Shown here in pieces: positions 19,363 through 28,950 of a stretch of DNA of 64,000 nt. Below the pieces are notes generated by a model, which was not told the origin of the DNA, did not search any database, and saw nothing but the letters and a program-made list of their open reading frames with translations. The DNA is taken from positions 32,001 to 96,000 of the forward strand of contig CAWCVB010000014.1 of the NCBI GenBank assembly GCA_963798915.1, read 5' to 3'. Position numbers and translations under genes: made by a program. Source of the stretch: an uncultured Gemmatimonadales bacterium. Its GTDB lineage: Bacteria; Gemmatimonadota; Gemmatimonadetes; Gemmatimonadales; GWC2-71-9. The number at the start of each line of letters is the position of its first letter. The first letter of the stretch is position 1.

Positions 19363-20493
19363 CTACTCCAGCCCCTTCCTGAACCGCACCGTCGCCACCG
19401 TGATCAAGAGCAGCGTGAAGCCGAGGAGCACCAGCGCCTGGGGCCAGAGCGCGCCCAGTCCGGTGCCCTTGAGCAGGATGCCACGCAGCACCTCCAGGAA
19501 GTAGGTGAGCGGCATGGCAGCCGCGATCCATTGCGCCACCCTGGGCATCGCGTCGATGGGAAACATGAACCCTGACATGAGAATGTTGGGCAGCATGTAG
19601 AAGAAGCCCAACTGGATCGCCTGGGCCTGCGTGTGCACCAGGGTGGACATGAACATGCCGACGCCAAGACTGGCGAGGATGAACGGAAAACTGAGGAGCA
19701 GGAGCAGCGGCAGACTGCCGCGAAATGGCACGTGGAACAGCAGACTGCCCAGCAGCAGGATGACGAAGATCTGGATGTATCCCATGAGCAGGTAGGGCAG
19801 CATCTTGCCGAGCATGATGCTGCTCTTGCCGATGGGCGTGACGACGAGCTGCTCGAGGGTGCCGCGTTCCCGTTCGCGTACCACTGCCATGCTGGCAATG
19901 AGCACCATCGTGAGTGACAGCAGCACGCCGATGATTCCGGGTACAATGAACACCGCCGTCTGCACCGCGGGGTTGTACAGCGGTCGGATGGTGATGCTGA
20001 TCGGTGGCGCCCGGCCACGATTGGCCTGGACGATGGCCTGGCTGCGCACCAGCGCGGCTTGCCCCGCCGCGGCAATGGCCCCATTGGCCGCCAGTGGATC
20101 GGATGCATCCACCACGAACTGCGCCGCCGCGCCCCGGCCTCGCACCAGGTCCTCCGTGAACCGGTGCGGGATGACGAGCCCCGCGCGCGCATGGCCGGCG
20201 GCCAGTTCGCGCTCGAGTTCTGCGCGGTCGTGGACCATGCCGGCGAAGTCGAATGTCTCGGTATTGACCAGCGCATGCGCCAGGAGCCGGCTCTCCTGTG
20301 TCTGGGATTGATCCAGGACGAGCAGTTTCTGGTGCCGCACCTCCATCTGGATTGCGTAGCCAAACAGGACCAGCTGAAGCGCCGGGATCCCGACCATCAT
20401 TGCCACAGTGAACCGGTCGCGGCGCAGCTGCGCCACTTCCTTCCAGAGCATGGGCCAGAGGGTCCAGCGCTGAAGGCGTTCGCGCATGGTCAC
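19363..20493 (-). CDS. ABC-2 transporter permease
   Basis: QLVLFGYAI, VRERERGTLEQLVVTP, SGFMFPI, PLTYF. Confidence 0.92.
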   Translation of the reverse strand: MTMRERLQRWTLWPMLWKEVAQLRRDRFTVAMMVGIPALQLVLFGYAIQMEVRHQKLLVLDQSQTQESRLLAHALVNTETFDFAGMVHDRAELERELAAGHARAGLVIPHRFTEDLVRGRGAAAQFVVDASDPLAANGAIAAAGQAALVRSQAIVQANRGRAPPISITIRPLYNPAVQTAVFIVPGIIGVLLSLTMVLIASMAVVRERERGTLEQLVVTPIGKSSIMLGKMLPYLLMGYIQIFVILLLGSLLFHVPFRGSLPLLLLLSFPFILASLGVGMFMSTLVHTQAQAIQLGFFYMLPNILMSGFMFPIDAMPRVAQWIAAAMPLTYFLEVLRGILLKGTGLGALWPQALVLLGFTLLLITVATVRFRKGLE

Positions 20494-21263
20494 GTGACGG
20501 CACCCTCGTCCTGCTGCTGCAACGAGATGAACACGTCCTCGATGCTGTCCATGCCAAACTGCTGCTTGATCTCGGCAGGCGTGCCGACGGCGATCAGCTC
20601 ACCGCGCGAGAGGAGTGCCAACCGGTCGCAACGTTCCGCCTCATCCATGTAATGGGTGGTGACCAGGACCGTAAGCCCTGCGCGAGCGCGCTCGGCGATG
20701 ATGCGCCAGAAATGCCTCCGGGCCGCGGGATCCACGCCGGCGGTCGGTTCATCGAGAAAAACCAGGTCGGGGCGGTGCGTTGTGGCGCAGGCCAGCGCGA
20801 GACGCTGCTTCCAGCCGCCAGAGAGTGCCCCGGCGAGCTGGCCGGCTCGGGCATCGAGGCCAAACTCCTGCAACACTTCCTCGCGACGCTTGCGCCCCTC
20901 GGTCCCGATCACGCCATACAGCTCGCTGTAGAACCGGAGATTCTCGCGAACCGTCAGGTCTTCATACAGCCCGAACCGCTGCGACATATAGCCGATCCGC
21001 CGGCGCACCGCCTCCGGCTCAGCCACGACGTCGATCCCCGCCACGTCCGCGCTACCCGAGGTCGGAGCAATCAACCCGGTGAGCATCCGAATGGTGGTCG
21101 TCTTGCCCGAGCCATTGGGACCCAGCAACCCGAACACTTCGCCCCGCGGAATGGTGAGACTGAGATCCTGCACTGCGACCAGCGCTCCATACTGTTTTCG
21201 CAGGTGCTCGGTATGAACGGCGTCCACCGATTTTGCAGATTGGGCAGATTGACTGATGCTCAT
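20490..21263 (-). CDS. ABC transporter ATP-binding protein
   Basis: GPNGSGKTT, LSGG, LDEPTAGVD, TTHYMDEA. Confidence 0.95.
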   Translation of the reverse strand: MSISQSAQSAKSVDAVHTEHLRKQYGALVAVQDLSLTIPRGEVFGLLGPNGSGKTTTIRMLTGLIAPTSGSADVAGIDVVAEPEAVRRRIGYMSQRFGLYEDLTVRENLRFYSELYGVIGTEGRKRREEVLQEFGLDARAGQLAGALSGGWKQRLALACATTHRPDLVFLDEPTAGVDPAARRHFWRIIAERARAGLTVLVTTHYMDEAERCDRLALLSRGELIAVGTPAEIKQQFGMDSIEDVFISLQQQDEGAVT

Positions 21264-21314
21264 CGCCGGTTCGTAGCTGTGGAATCTGCGTAATCGGTGG
21301 AAAAATCTGCGGAC
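21223..21314. repeat. inverted 9-mer (GCAGATTnn) element across a gene junction
   Basis: TCCACCGATTTTGCAGATTGGGCAGAT (21223-21249) versus AGCTGTGGAATCTGCGTAATCGGTGGA (21275-21301), with 10-bp perfect ends. Confidence 0.7.
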
Positions 21315-22231
21315 ACCCAGAGGCCTGCCGGCAATGCCGAATCGAGCGCCAGGCGGACTCCGAACAGCAGGTCGGCGCGTTCATCCTGGGTGAGGGAGAC
21401 ACGAGGCGTGAATTCGGCGCGGGGCTGGACGCTGGTCACGGTTGCGCCCACACCGCGGCCCTGCCAGCCATCGGGTGTGATGGTGGCGCGGGCTCCCGGC
21501 TTCACGCTGCCCAGAAGGCGCTGCGGCGCGTAGGCGCGCACGTAGCGTCGGGCCGTGTCGCCGATGATCGCAGCCGGGGTGCCGGCCGGCAGCACCTCGC
21601 CAGGTTGGGCCGACCGCGTCAGCACCACGCCGTTCACCGGGCTTACCAGCACCAGGTCGGCCAGACGCGATCCGGTCCCCTCGAGATCGGCGCGCGCCTG
21701 GCTCAATTCGGCCTCGGCGGCCCGGATCTGAGCCGGCCGGCTGCCGGCTTCCAGCAGTCGCAGGGCGTTGCGGGCAGCATCACGTCGCTCGGCGGCGACG
21801 CGGGCCGCCGCAGCCGCCGCGTCGTAATCGCGCTGGCTGATGACCGTATCCCTGATCAGTGCTCGCGCCCGCGCCAGTTCGGTTCCGGTCCGGGTGGCTT
21901 CTGCTTCCGCTGCCTGCAGCTCGGCCTGGGCACGGGAAATTTCCTGGGGACGAGCGCCGGCCTTGAGGTCCCGCACTGCTGCTGCCGCTTGCGCCACGCG
22001 CGCCTCGCGCGCGGCCATCTGGGAGCTTGCGTCGGCCAGGCCCAGGACCGCGACGGTATCGCCCCGTGTGACGTAGTCTCCTTCGTCGACCAGAATGCGC
22101 AGTACCCGGGCCGGCTGTTGCGGTGCGATGTCCACCTGATCCAGCTCCACGGTTCCGCGGATAAGATCGGTCTGGCCGGACGAGCAGCCTGCCAGCGCCA
22201 GCATGATGAGGATGGAACGCCCACACTTCAT
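21260..22231 (-). CDS. HlyD-family adaptor lipoprotein
   Basis: Start MKCGRSILIMLALAGC at 22231; VDEGDYVTRGD, SPVNGVV, AEFTPR. Confidence 0.9.
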   Translation of the reverse strand: MKCGRSILIMLALAGCSSGQTDLIRGTVELDQVDIAPQQPARVLRILVDEGDYVTRGDTVAVLGLADASSQMAAREARVAQAAAAVRDLKAGARPQEISRAQAELQAAEAEATRTGTELARARALIRDTVISQRDYDAAAAAARVAAERRDAARNALRLLEAGSRPAQIRAAEAELSQARADLEGTGSRLADLVLVSPVNGVVLTRSAQPGEVLPAGTPAAIIGDTARRYVRAYAPQRLLGSVKPGARATITPDGWQGRGVGATVTSVQPRAEFTPRVSLTQDERADLLFGVRLALDSALPAGLWVSADFSTDYADSTATNRR

Positions 22232-22889
22232 GGTCTCTCTCCGGCAGGACGGTGGTGTTCCAGCGCCGACAGGGCAAAATCGGCGGCGTGGCGGACGAAG
22301 GCGCGGCGTTTCTTCTTGCTCGGACCAGCCGGTCCATCGCCCAGCAGCGTCCCGACCACCGGCGAGGCCACGGCAAACCAGGCCACCTGCGCCACCACAC
22401 TCACGGCGGCAAATGCCGGGTCCAGGTCCGGACGGAAGCGGGCGCTGGCCTGGGCCGCTTGGATCAGCCCGCTGAGCCGGGCAAAGAGCCTGGTCAGCGT
22501 CTCGCGGACGGCCTTCTGGGCATGTTGGCCCTGATAATCCACCAGCTCGCGGGCAATGAGCCGGGCACGTGGGGCCGGTCAGGAAGATCTCGCCCTGGAC
22601 CTCGACGATGGCCCGCAGCGCGACGGCAGGATCGGTGTCGGCGGATGCGCGGGACATCGCGCTGCCGTACCAGCGATTCGATCAGCCGCCGGATGACCGC
22701 CTCGTACAGCCCGGCCTTGTTCCGGTAGTAGTAGTAGATCAGGGCAGGGGAGAGGCCTGATTCCCTTCCCAGCGCCTGGATGGTTGCCGCCCGGAACCCC
22801 CGCTCGGCAAACAGCCGCTCGGCGGCGTCGAGGATGGCGGTGTCGGGCGATAGTGGAGTGGCAGGGCCCCGGAGGTGTGATATACGCAT
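22228..22889 (-). pseudogene. TetR-family regulator split by 2-3 frameshifts (possibly read errors)
   Basis: HTH AILDAAERLFAERGF...LIYYYY in one frame, DPAVALRAIV in a second, ARLIARELVDYQ...FRPDLDP in a third; breaks about 22565-22670. Confidence 0.8.
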
Positions 22890-22892
22890 GAG

Positions 22893-22912
22893 TTAATTGA
22901 ACGTTCGATCAA
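22893..22912. promoter_or_regulatory. TetR-type operator palindrome
   Basis: TTAATTGAAC|GTTCGATCAA, 8/10 symmetric, just upstream of the tetR ATG. Confidence 0.6.
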
Positions 22913-23396
22913 GTTTTGGGCAAGGGTCGGATTTCCCGCCCGTTCGCGCGCCGCATGCGCTGGGTCGTGTTTTAACGATCAATTGCGCACTGAAACAGGA
23001 AGGCACCCTGCCCTGGCATCCGTTCGTCCGATTGCAGCTTTTCATGCGTTCTCCGTTGCGGCAGCGACCGCCCTATCAGGCACCGCCTGGCCAAGTCATT
23101 CGGCACCAAGCAATGGAAAGCAGATCATTTGTATCGGAATTGGGAAAATCCCAGTAGGACACCGGCAGACTTTTTGTCATGATAGGTGAGCGGCGTGTCC
23201 ATCAGACCCGAGCCAAGGAGCCACCGATGCAACCAAGCGGGATGTTACGTGCAGCAGCACGTGGCACTGAACCCAGCCGCCCGGACTCGGCGAGCGGAAG
23301 CTGGATCAGCTGGAGCCTCCCGCCGGTCTCGGAGTGGGGCCGCTTGCCCGCGTGCCGTGGTTACCCGATCCACCGAGTTCCAAGGGGGGCTTCAGC

Positions 23397-23804
23397 ATGA
23401 AATGCGGCAACCTGATGTTGCTTGGGCTCGTGCTTGGAGTGATGGCTTGCGGTGAAGGGTCACCGGCGGGACCATCGGCGGTGTCGGGGTTCCCATCCGG
23501 CTCCAAGACCTCCGCCGACTCAGCAAAACACCTCCGGAAGCGAGCGATTCTCTTGGCAGAAGGAAAGTCACTGTTCCCATCGCGCAAGACCTCCATCGCA
23601 TTTGACGTCGTCACGTATCCGAAGTGCCTAATAAGGTCCGGCTCAGGAACCCATGGTTACATCGCGATCTGCGTCGGCGATACAATTACCGTAACGATTG
23701 CGAGTGCGGAGTGCTCCGGCATCGGTGATACCATGGCTGTTCATGGTGCCGTCGAGATGATTGTCTCGACGAATGCATGTCAAGGGGCCGGCGCGCAACC
23801 ATGA
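23397..23804 (+). CDS. lipoprotein; probably N-terminal half of the next ORF
   Basis: MKCGNLMLLGLVLGVMAC lipobox after AAGGGGG; ATGA overlap with the next ORF. Confidence 0.65.
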   Translation: MKCGNLMLLGLVLGVMACGEGSPAGPSAVSGFPSGSKTSADSAKHLRKRAILLAEGKSLFPSRKTSIAFDVVTYPKCLIRSGSGTHGYIAICVGDTITVTIASAECSGIGDTMAVHGAVEMIVSTNACQGAGAQP

Positions 23805-24514
23805 CCGCTGTGGCTGCGGATACAGGGCGCATTGTGTTCGTGCTCACGGATCCACGGTACGGATCGGGGGAATTCTTCTTTAGCGGCGTATTCTCGGACA
23901 CAACGCCGACCCAACAGGTCCTGATGGAGGATGGCTATGGAGACGGGGATTACGATGACAACGTACTCGAAGTGACGATCCATGGTCATTATGATCTCTG
24001 CAGGCTCTGGACGGACTCGGTCCTGAATATCCACGAATTTCGCGACTCCTTGATCGCCGAGTGGATGGCGACGCGGGCCGATCCACTTCGCACCGAGCGG
24101 GGAGGCCATGTTTATCGAAACCGTGTCACTGGGGAGTGGCGCTGGGCGAAAGACTCGCCAGTTGGCGGAGGCACCGCGGATGCCTGCCACATCGATTTGA
24201 CTGCTCAACCGATGGCGGATGAAGATGTCATCGAGTCTTGGCACACGCATGGGTACTTCGACGGCGAGATACTTTACGACTGTAACGGCGGGACATCAGG
24301 CACCCCTATGGGGGTCGTCAATTATCGCCGGCATGGTGGAGGGAGTTTGGGCGACTGGCCTGCTACCAATGGCATCGGATATGATGCACTTACGATTGAC
24401 AGCCGGCAGGTCAATGTGCTGAGCCACTCCAAGACGAATCCAGTTGCCTTTGCGGCGAATCTAGATCGATACTTTTGGCACGGCATTGGCCAGTGCCTGA
24501 CCTTGACACCCTGA
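23801..24514 (+). CDS. protein with acidic Ca-binding-like loop and JAB/DUF4329-like C-terminus
   Basis: EDGYGDGDYDDNVLEV, then ERGGHVY...WHTHG...SLGD. Confidence 0.55.
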   Translation: MTAVAADTGRIVFVLTDPRYGSGEFFFSGVFSDTTPTQQVLMEDGYGDGDYDDNVLEVTIHGHYDLCRLWTDSVLNIHEFRDSLIAEWMATRADPLRTERGGHVYRNRVTGEWRWAKDSPVGGGTADACHIDLTAQPMADEDVIESWHTHGYFDGEILYDCNGGTSGTPMGVVNYRRHGGGSLGDWPATNGIGYDALTIDSRQVNVLSHSKTNPVAFAANLDRYFWHGIGQCLTLTP

Positions 24515-24524
24515 GGAGGCCGCT

Positions 24525-24941
24525 GTGAAGATCACCATGCTTGCAATCGCCGTTGCTGGCCTTTGGTCGGCGAGCGCCGATTCTCGGGTCGGTCAGACCT
24601 ACTGCATGCCGGCTGATGCGGAAGCATCTGCGTTCTTTTATTGGGTGAAGTCGGTCGCGACCGGGACAGACAGTATCGCGGCAGCCGACCGCATTTCGTT
24701 GGGGATCCCGAATACTACGGAATCCAAGGTGTCGATTGTCACTCGGGAGTCAACTTGCCGGGATGCAGGGGCGGCATACAGCCAAGTGCTTGACTCCGTA
24801 CCCCCTGGAGGGCGATCTGTGTACGTGGTCAAGGTCAGCGCGGTTTATGTTGTGCTCGATCCAGCGGTCAGGTATGGGGAATGGTCGCAAGGCATGGTCT
24901 TTACCAGCAAGTGGGCTCTAATACAGAGGTTCGTCAACTAA
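24525..24941 (+). CDS. small secreted protein with two Cys
   Basis: GAGGAGG then GTG; signal peptide; 10 bp after the upstream stop. Confidence 0.7.
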   Translation: MKITMLAIAVAGLWSASADSRVGQTYCMPADAEASAFFYWVKSVATGTDSIAAADRISLGIPNTTESKVSIVTRESTCRDAGAAYSQVLDSVPPGGRSVYVVKVSAVYVVLDPAVRYGEWSQGMVFTSKWALIQRFVN

Positions 24942-25002
24942 CGTGGGGCCGGAGCCCGCGATTTGTGGCGCACCTCAGTCGCGGATGGGGTAGGGGGTGC
25001 AC

Positions 25003-25560
25003 GTGAAGGTACGACTCCTGACAGGCGTGCTTGCGGTGCTGCTCGGATTAGCAGCTTGCGGCGATTCGACCGGCACCAACGGGGAGCCGCCGACCGTGCT
25101 CGTGACGAACAGCACCTGCGATGCCGGGCGCTGCGCCACCCTTGAAGTTCGCGCCTTCGTCTGGGCGTTTCATGTTCCGCAGATCCCAAGCGGGCTACGG
25201 GTTCTCGGGGAAGCTCCACCGGGACAGACCTGCCTCCGCTTTCCGCCATCCTGGCCGTTGCAAATCATCGGTCCCGATACCACCGGCAAGGTGGACACAA
25301 CAACCATCACCTGGACTCCTGAGAACGCGGAAGGGATCTACTTGATCGCGGTGGATAGCCTGGTTTACCACGGCGGCGGGAGCCCTGGCCAGGTCGACAG
25401 CAGTAATCAGGCGATTCCGCCGTTCGATGGCGTGGACGTAGCGAGTGTCGGGGAGACACCCATTTTCGTGCCTGCGGAAGCCAAGGGCTGGGCCGTCAGC
25501 TTCCAGAGTGCGCCACGATTCAGTGCCTCGCTCGCCAAGCAAGGCGCCTGTAAGTCATGA
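25003..25560 (+). CDS. hypothetical lipoprotein
   Basis: VKVRLLTGVLAVLLGLAAC lipobox; start 24997 or 25003. Confidence 0.7.
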   Translation: MKVRLLTGVLAVLLGLAACGDSTGTNGEPPTVLVTNSTCDAGRCATLEVRAFVWAFHVPQIPSGLRVLGEAPPGQTCLRFPPSWPLQIIGPDTTGKVDTTTITWTPENAEGIYLIAVDSLVYHGGGSPGQVDSSNQAIPPFDGVDVASVGETPIFVPAEAKGWAVSFQSAPRFSASLAKQGACKS

Positions 25561-25683
25561 GTCGTGGATATCAGCTCTTGGAGCGCTGTGTGTGACGCTG
25601 CAAGCATCGGCCGAACGATCCCGGTCGGGCTGCAAGGTTGCGTCGCACCCTTCGGGTGCTCGCGATGACAGCGCGCGGTGGGC

Positions 25684-25863
25684 CCCTCGACCCTCGACCC
25701 ACGCCCCATCATCCATGACCGTACGGGCGGAGCCATGGCTCCGCCCCGACGCGACCCACGACCCACGACCCTCGACCCACGCCCCACGCCCCACGCCCCA
25801 CGCCCCATCATGCATGACCGTACGGGCGGAGCCATGGCTCTGCCCCGACGCGACCCACGACCC
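25684..25863. repeat. 7-mer tandems interleaved with two REP-like hairpins
   Basis: (A/C)CC(A/T)CG heptamer runs; GTACGGGCGGAGCCATGGCTC(C/T)GCCC at 25721-25746 and 25820-25845. Confidence 0.85.
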
Positions 25864-25906
25864 TGCCTTGTCCCAACCCCCTCCGGCAGCTACTTTTAGC
25901 GGCTAT

Positions 25907-27247
25907 ATGTTTGACGAGCTTTCCCAGAAACTGACGGCCACGCTCCAGAAACTCACCGGGCGTGGCGCACTCACGGAAGACGCGGTCCGGGAAGGACTTC
26001 GCGAGATCCGGCGGGTCCTGCTCGAAGCCGATGTGAGCTTCGATCTGACCCGGGAGTTCCTGGAGCACGTCCAGCAGAAAGCGGTCGGCGAAAAAGTCCT
26101 GCAGGACGTGCGGCCCGGCCAGCAGCTGGTCAAGATCGTCTACGACGAGCTGGTGACCCTGCTGGGCGAGAAGCAGGCGCCGCTTGCCTTCGCCACGGTG
26201 CCGCCCACGGTGTTCCTGATCGTGGGGCTGCAGGGCTCGGGCAAGACCACCACGGCCGGCAAGCTGGCCCGGCGGCTCAAGGCGGAGCAGAAGGCGCCTT
26301 ATCTGGTCGCCGCGGACGTGTATCGGCCCGCGGCGGCCGAGCAGCTGGCGACCCTCGCCAACCAGGTGGGTGTCGGGGTCTACACCGACCCGGCCCAGCG
26401 CGACGTGGTCGCCCTGGTCAAGAAGGGGATCGAAGAGGCGGGGAAGGCCCGGGCCCGGACGGTGCTGGTTGACACCGCCGGCCGCCTGCAAATTGACGAG
26501 CAGATGATGGATGAGCTCCGCCGCCTCAAGGAGGCAGTGAAGCCCACCGAAATCCTGCTGGTGGCCGACGGCATGACCGGCCAGGATGCGGTCCGCATTG
26601 CCCAGGGCTTTCACGAGGCGCTCGGCGTCACCGGGGTCATCCTCACCAAGATGGACGGCGATGCCCGCGGCGGCGCGGCGCTTTCCATTTACGGCGTGAC
26701 CCACGCGCCCATCAAGTTCGTGGGCGTGGGCGAAAAGATGGACGGCCTCGAGGTCTTCCATCCCGACCGGATGGCGGGTCGCATCCTGCAGCAGGGCGAC
26801 GTGCTCTCGCTGGTCGAGAAGGCCCAGCAGAACCTGGACGAGCGCGAGGCCGAGCGCATTGCGCGGAAGGCCGGGTCGAAGAAGGGCCTCGATCTCCAGG
26901 ACTTCCTGGGCGCCATGCGGCAGATGCAGAAGCTGGGCCCGCTCAAGAATGTGCTGGGCATGTTGCCAGGCGTAAACCCGGCCATGCTGAGTGCGGCCAA
27001 CGTGGATGAAAAGAAGATCAAGCACGTTGAGGCGATCGTCCTTGCGATGACGCCCGCCGAGCGGAAGGATCCCGATGTGCTGAACGGCTCACGCCGGTTG
27101 CGCATCGCCAACGGTGCCGGCCGCCCGGTGCAGGAAGTCAACCAGCTGGTGTCGCAGTTCAAGCAGATGCAGAAGTTCATGAAGATCGCGGGGAAGACCG
27201 GAGGAATGGGTGGACTGCCCTTCCGCCGTGGCGGTTTCCCCGGTTAA
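25907..27247 (+). CDS. ffh: signal recognition particle protein
   Basis: MFDELSQKL start; GLQGSGKTT, DTAGR, TKMDGDARGG, SRRLRIANGAG. Confidence 0.97.
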   Translation: MFDELSQKLTATLQKLTGRGALTEDAVREGLREIRRVLLEADVSFDLTREFLEHVQQKAVGEKVLQDVRPGQQLVKIVYDELVTLLGEKQAPLAFATVPPTVFLIVGLQGSGKTTTAGKLARRLKAEQKAPYLVAADVYRPAAAEQLATLANQVGVGVYTDPAQRDVVALVKKGIEEAGKARARTVLVDTAGRLQIDEQMMDELRRLKEAVKPTEILLVADGMTGQDAVRIAQGFHEALGVTGVILTKMDGDARGGAALSIYGVTHAPIKFVGVGEKMDGLEVFHPDRMAGRILQQGDVLSLVEKAQQNLDEREAERIARKAGSKKGLDLQDFLGAMRQMQKLGPLKNVLGMLPGVNPAMLSAANVDEKKIKHVEAIVLAMTPAERKDPDVLNGSRRLRIANGAGRPVQEVNQLVSQFKQMQKFMKIAGKTGGMGGLPFRRGGFPG

Positions 27248-27271
27248 CCCGCACTGACCAAGGGCAGGAAG

Positions 27272-27526
27272 ATGGCAACTCGTATTCGTCTGCGCCGCGT
27301 AGGTCGCAAGAAGCTGCCGATGTACCGCATCGTTGTCGCCGACAAGACATCGCCGCGTGATGGCCGTTTCGTCGAGATCATCGGCAGCTACGACCCGCGC
27401 GCGGAAGACGCCAAGCAGGTTACCGTGGATGTGGACAAGGCGCGCGCCTGGCTGGCCAAGGGCGCCACGCCGTCCGACACGGTGCAGTCGCTGCTCAAGC
27501 GCGCCGGCGTCACCGCCGAGGCCTGA
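27272..27526 (+). CDS. rpsP: 30S ribosomal protein S16
   Basis: [29 protein letters not shown]. Confidence 0.97.
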   Translation: MATRIRLRRVGRKKLPMYRIVVADKTSPRDGRFVEIIGSYDPRAEDAKQVTVDVDKARAWLAKGATPSDTVQSLLKRAGVTAEA

Positions 27527-27527
27527 C

Positions 27528-28058
27528 GTGGCGGCCGATGCCCGCCACCTGGTGGTGGGCCGGCTGCGGAAGCCGCACGGCCTCAAGGGCGAGGTCGCGG
27601 TCTTCCCCTTGACCGACAGCCCGGCCCATGCCTTCGAGCCGGGACGGTCAGTCTGGATTCTGGATCTGGGCGGTGAGGTGGTGGCGGGCCCGTTCCCGGT
27701 GGAGCGAAGCCGCGGGTACCATCGTGAGTGGCTGCTCAAGCTGCACGGTGTGGAGGAGCGGGACGCTTGGGCGCCCTGGCGCGGCATGTTCATCGCCATG
27801 CCCCAGGACCAGCTGCCGCCACCTGACGAGGGCGAAGTCTACCTGCACGAACTGGCCGGATTTGCCGTTCGCAATGCCGCAGGTGACACGCTCGGCGTCG
27901 TGTCCGATGTATATGAAATGCCGGCCGGTGTCATGATCGAGGTGCAGGGTCCCAGGCGGGAGTTTCTCCTCCCCTATCGACGGGAGTTCGTCACCGCGGT
28001 CGATCGAAACGCCCGCCGGCTCACGGTGGACCCGCCGGCCGGGCTGCTGGATGAGTGA
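27528..28058 (+). CDS. rimM: ribosome maturation factor RimM
   Basis: VGRLRKPHGLKGEV, EGEVYLHEL; lies between rpsP and trmD. Confidence 0.93.
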   Translation: MAADARHLVVGRLRKPHGLKGEVAVFPLTDSPAHAFEPGRSVWILDLGGEVVAGPFPVERSRGYHREWLLKLHGVEERDAWAPWRGMFIAMPQDQLPPPDEGEVYLHELAGFAVRNAAGDTLGVVSDVYEMPAGVMIEVQGPRREFLLPYRREFVTAVDRNARRLTVDPPAGLLDE

Positions 28059-28767
28059 AGGTGGCCGAGTCATGGCGCCGCTCCGCATCCACATCGTGAC
28101 GCTCTTTCCGGAGACGCTGGCGCCGTACCTGGCGGCCAGTATTCCAGGGCGGGCGGCACAAGCCGGGCTGGTGCAATTCCGGCTGGTGCAGTTGCGGGAT
28201 TTTACCCACGACCGTCACCATACCGTGGACGATTATCCCTACGGCGGTGGCGCCGGGATGGTGCTCAAGCCGGAGCCGTTCTTCGAGGCAGTTGAGTCAC
28301 TGGAGCTGCGGGGCGGCCCGGTAGTCCTCCTCTCGGCGCGGGGCCAGCGCTTCGGGCACGACGATGCGGTACGATACGCGGTGGGCACTGATCTGACGCT
28401 CCTCTGCGGGCATTATAAGGATGTGGACCAGCGGGTGGCCGACGGCCTGGCCACCGAAGAGCGCTCCATTGGCGATTTCGTGCTCTCGGGCGGCGAGCCG
28501 GCGGCGCTCTGTGTAGTGGATGCCGTGGTCCGGCTGCTGCCCGGTGCCATGGGCGACCACGAATCGGCGAGTTCCGATTCGCACTATGACGGACTGCTGA
28601 GCCCGCCCAGTTATACCCGGCCGCCGGAATATCGTGGCCAAGCGGTGCCGCAGGTGCTGCTATCCGGTGATCACGCGCGGATCGAGGCGTGGCGCCTGGC
28701 GGAATCGGAGCGGGTGACCCGGGAGCGCCGCCCGGATCTGTGGACGCGGCACGAATCGGAACCATAG
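28051..28767 (+). CDS. trmD: tRNA m1G37 methyltransferase
   Basis: DDYPYGGGAGMV, SIGDFVLSGGE, YTRP; start could be 28072. Confidence 0.96.
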   Translation: MSEGGRVMAPLRIHIVTLFPETLAPYLAASIPGRAAQAGLVQFRLVQLRDFTHDRHHTVDDYPYGGGAGMVLKPEPFFEAVESLELRGGPVVLLSARGQRFGHDDAVRYAVGTDLTLLCGHYKDVDQRVADGLATEERSIGDFVLSGGEPAALCVVDAVVRLLPGAMGDHESASSDSHYDGLLSPPSYTRPPEYRGQAVPQVLLSGDHARIEAWRLAESERVTRERRPDLWTRHESEP

Positions 28768-28898
28768 GGGCGGCCCGCGGGATCACGACGGAATATTTCG
28801 ATGAGCGGCGATACCGTAGGGGCGGCCCGCGGGATCACGACGGGATAGCTCGATGAGTGGCGGATACCGTAGGGGCGGCCCGCGGGCCGCCCTTACGG
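28761..28898. repeat. tandem 52-53 bp units with GTAG-type REP heads
   Basis: ACC(A/G)TAGGGGCGGCCCGCGGG at 28761, 28813 and 28866; the last closes as the hairpin CCGTAGGGGCGGCCCGCGGGCCGCCCTTACGG. Confidence 0.85.
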
Positions 28899-28950
28899 GC
28901 CGCGGGTGAGCAATGATGCGCGTATGGGAATCAATTTTGGGGGGTGTACC

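Noticed and set aside
21260..22657. 465-aa TetR-HlyD fusion
   Set aside because: The upstream part is a displaced piece of the frameshifted tetR; HlyD has its own lipoprotein start at 22231.
25445..25906. N-terminal extensions on Ffh (also ORFs starting 36133, 51202, 54001, 6325)
   Set aside because: These read through repeats or antisense to neighbours; homology begins at downstream ATGs.
28761..28898. CRISPR array
   Set aside because: The inter-repeat segments are near-identical, there are under three full units, and no cas genes are present. It fits a REP tandem.
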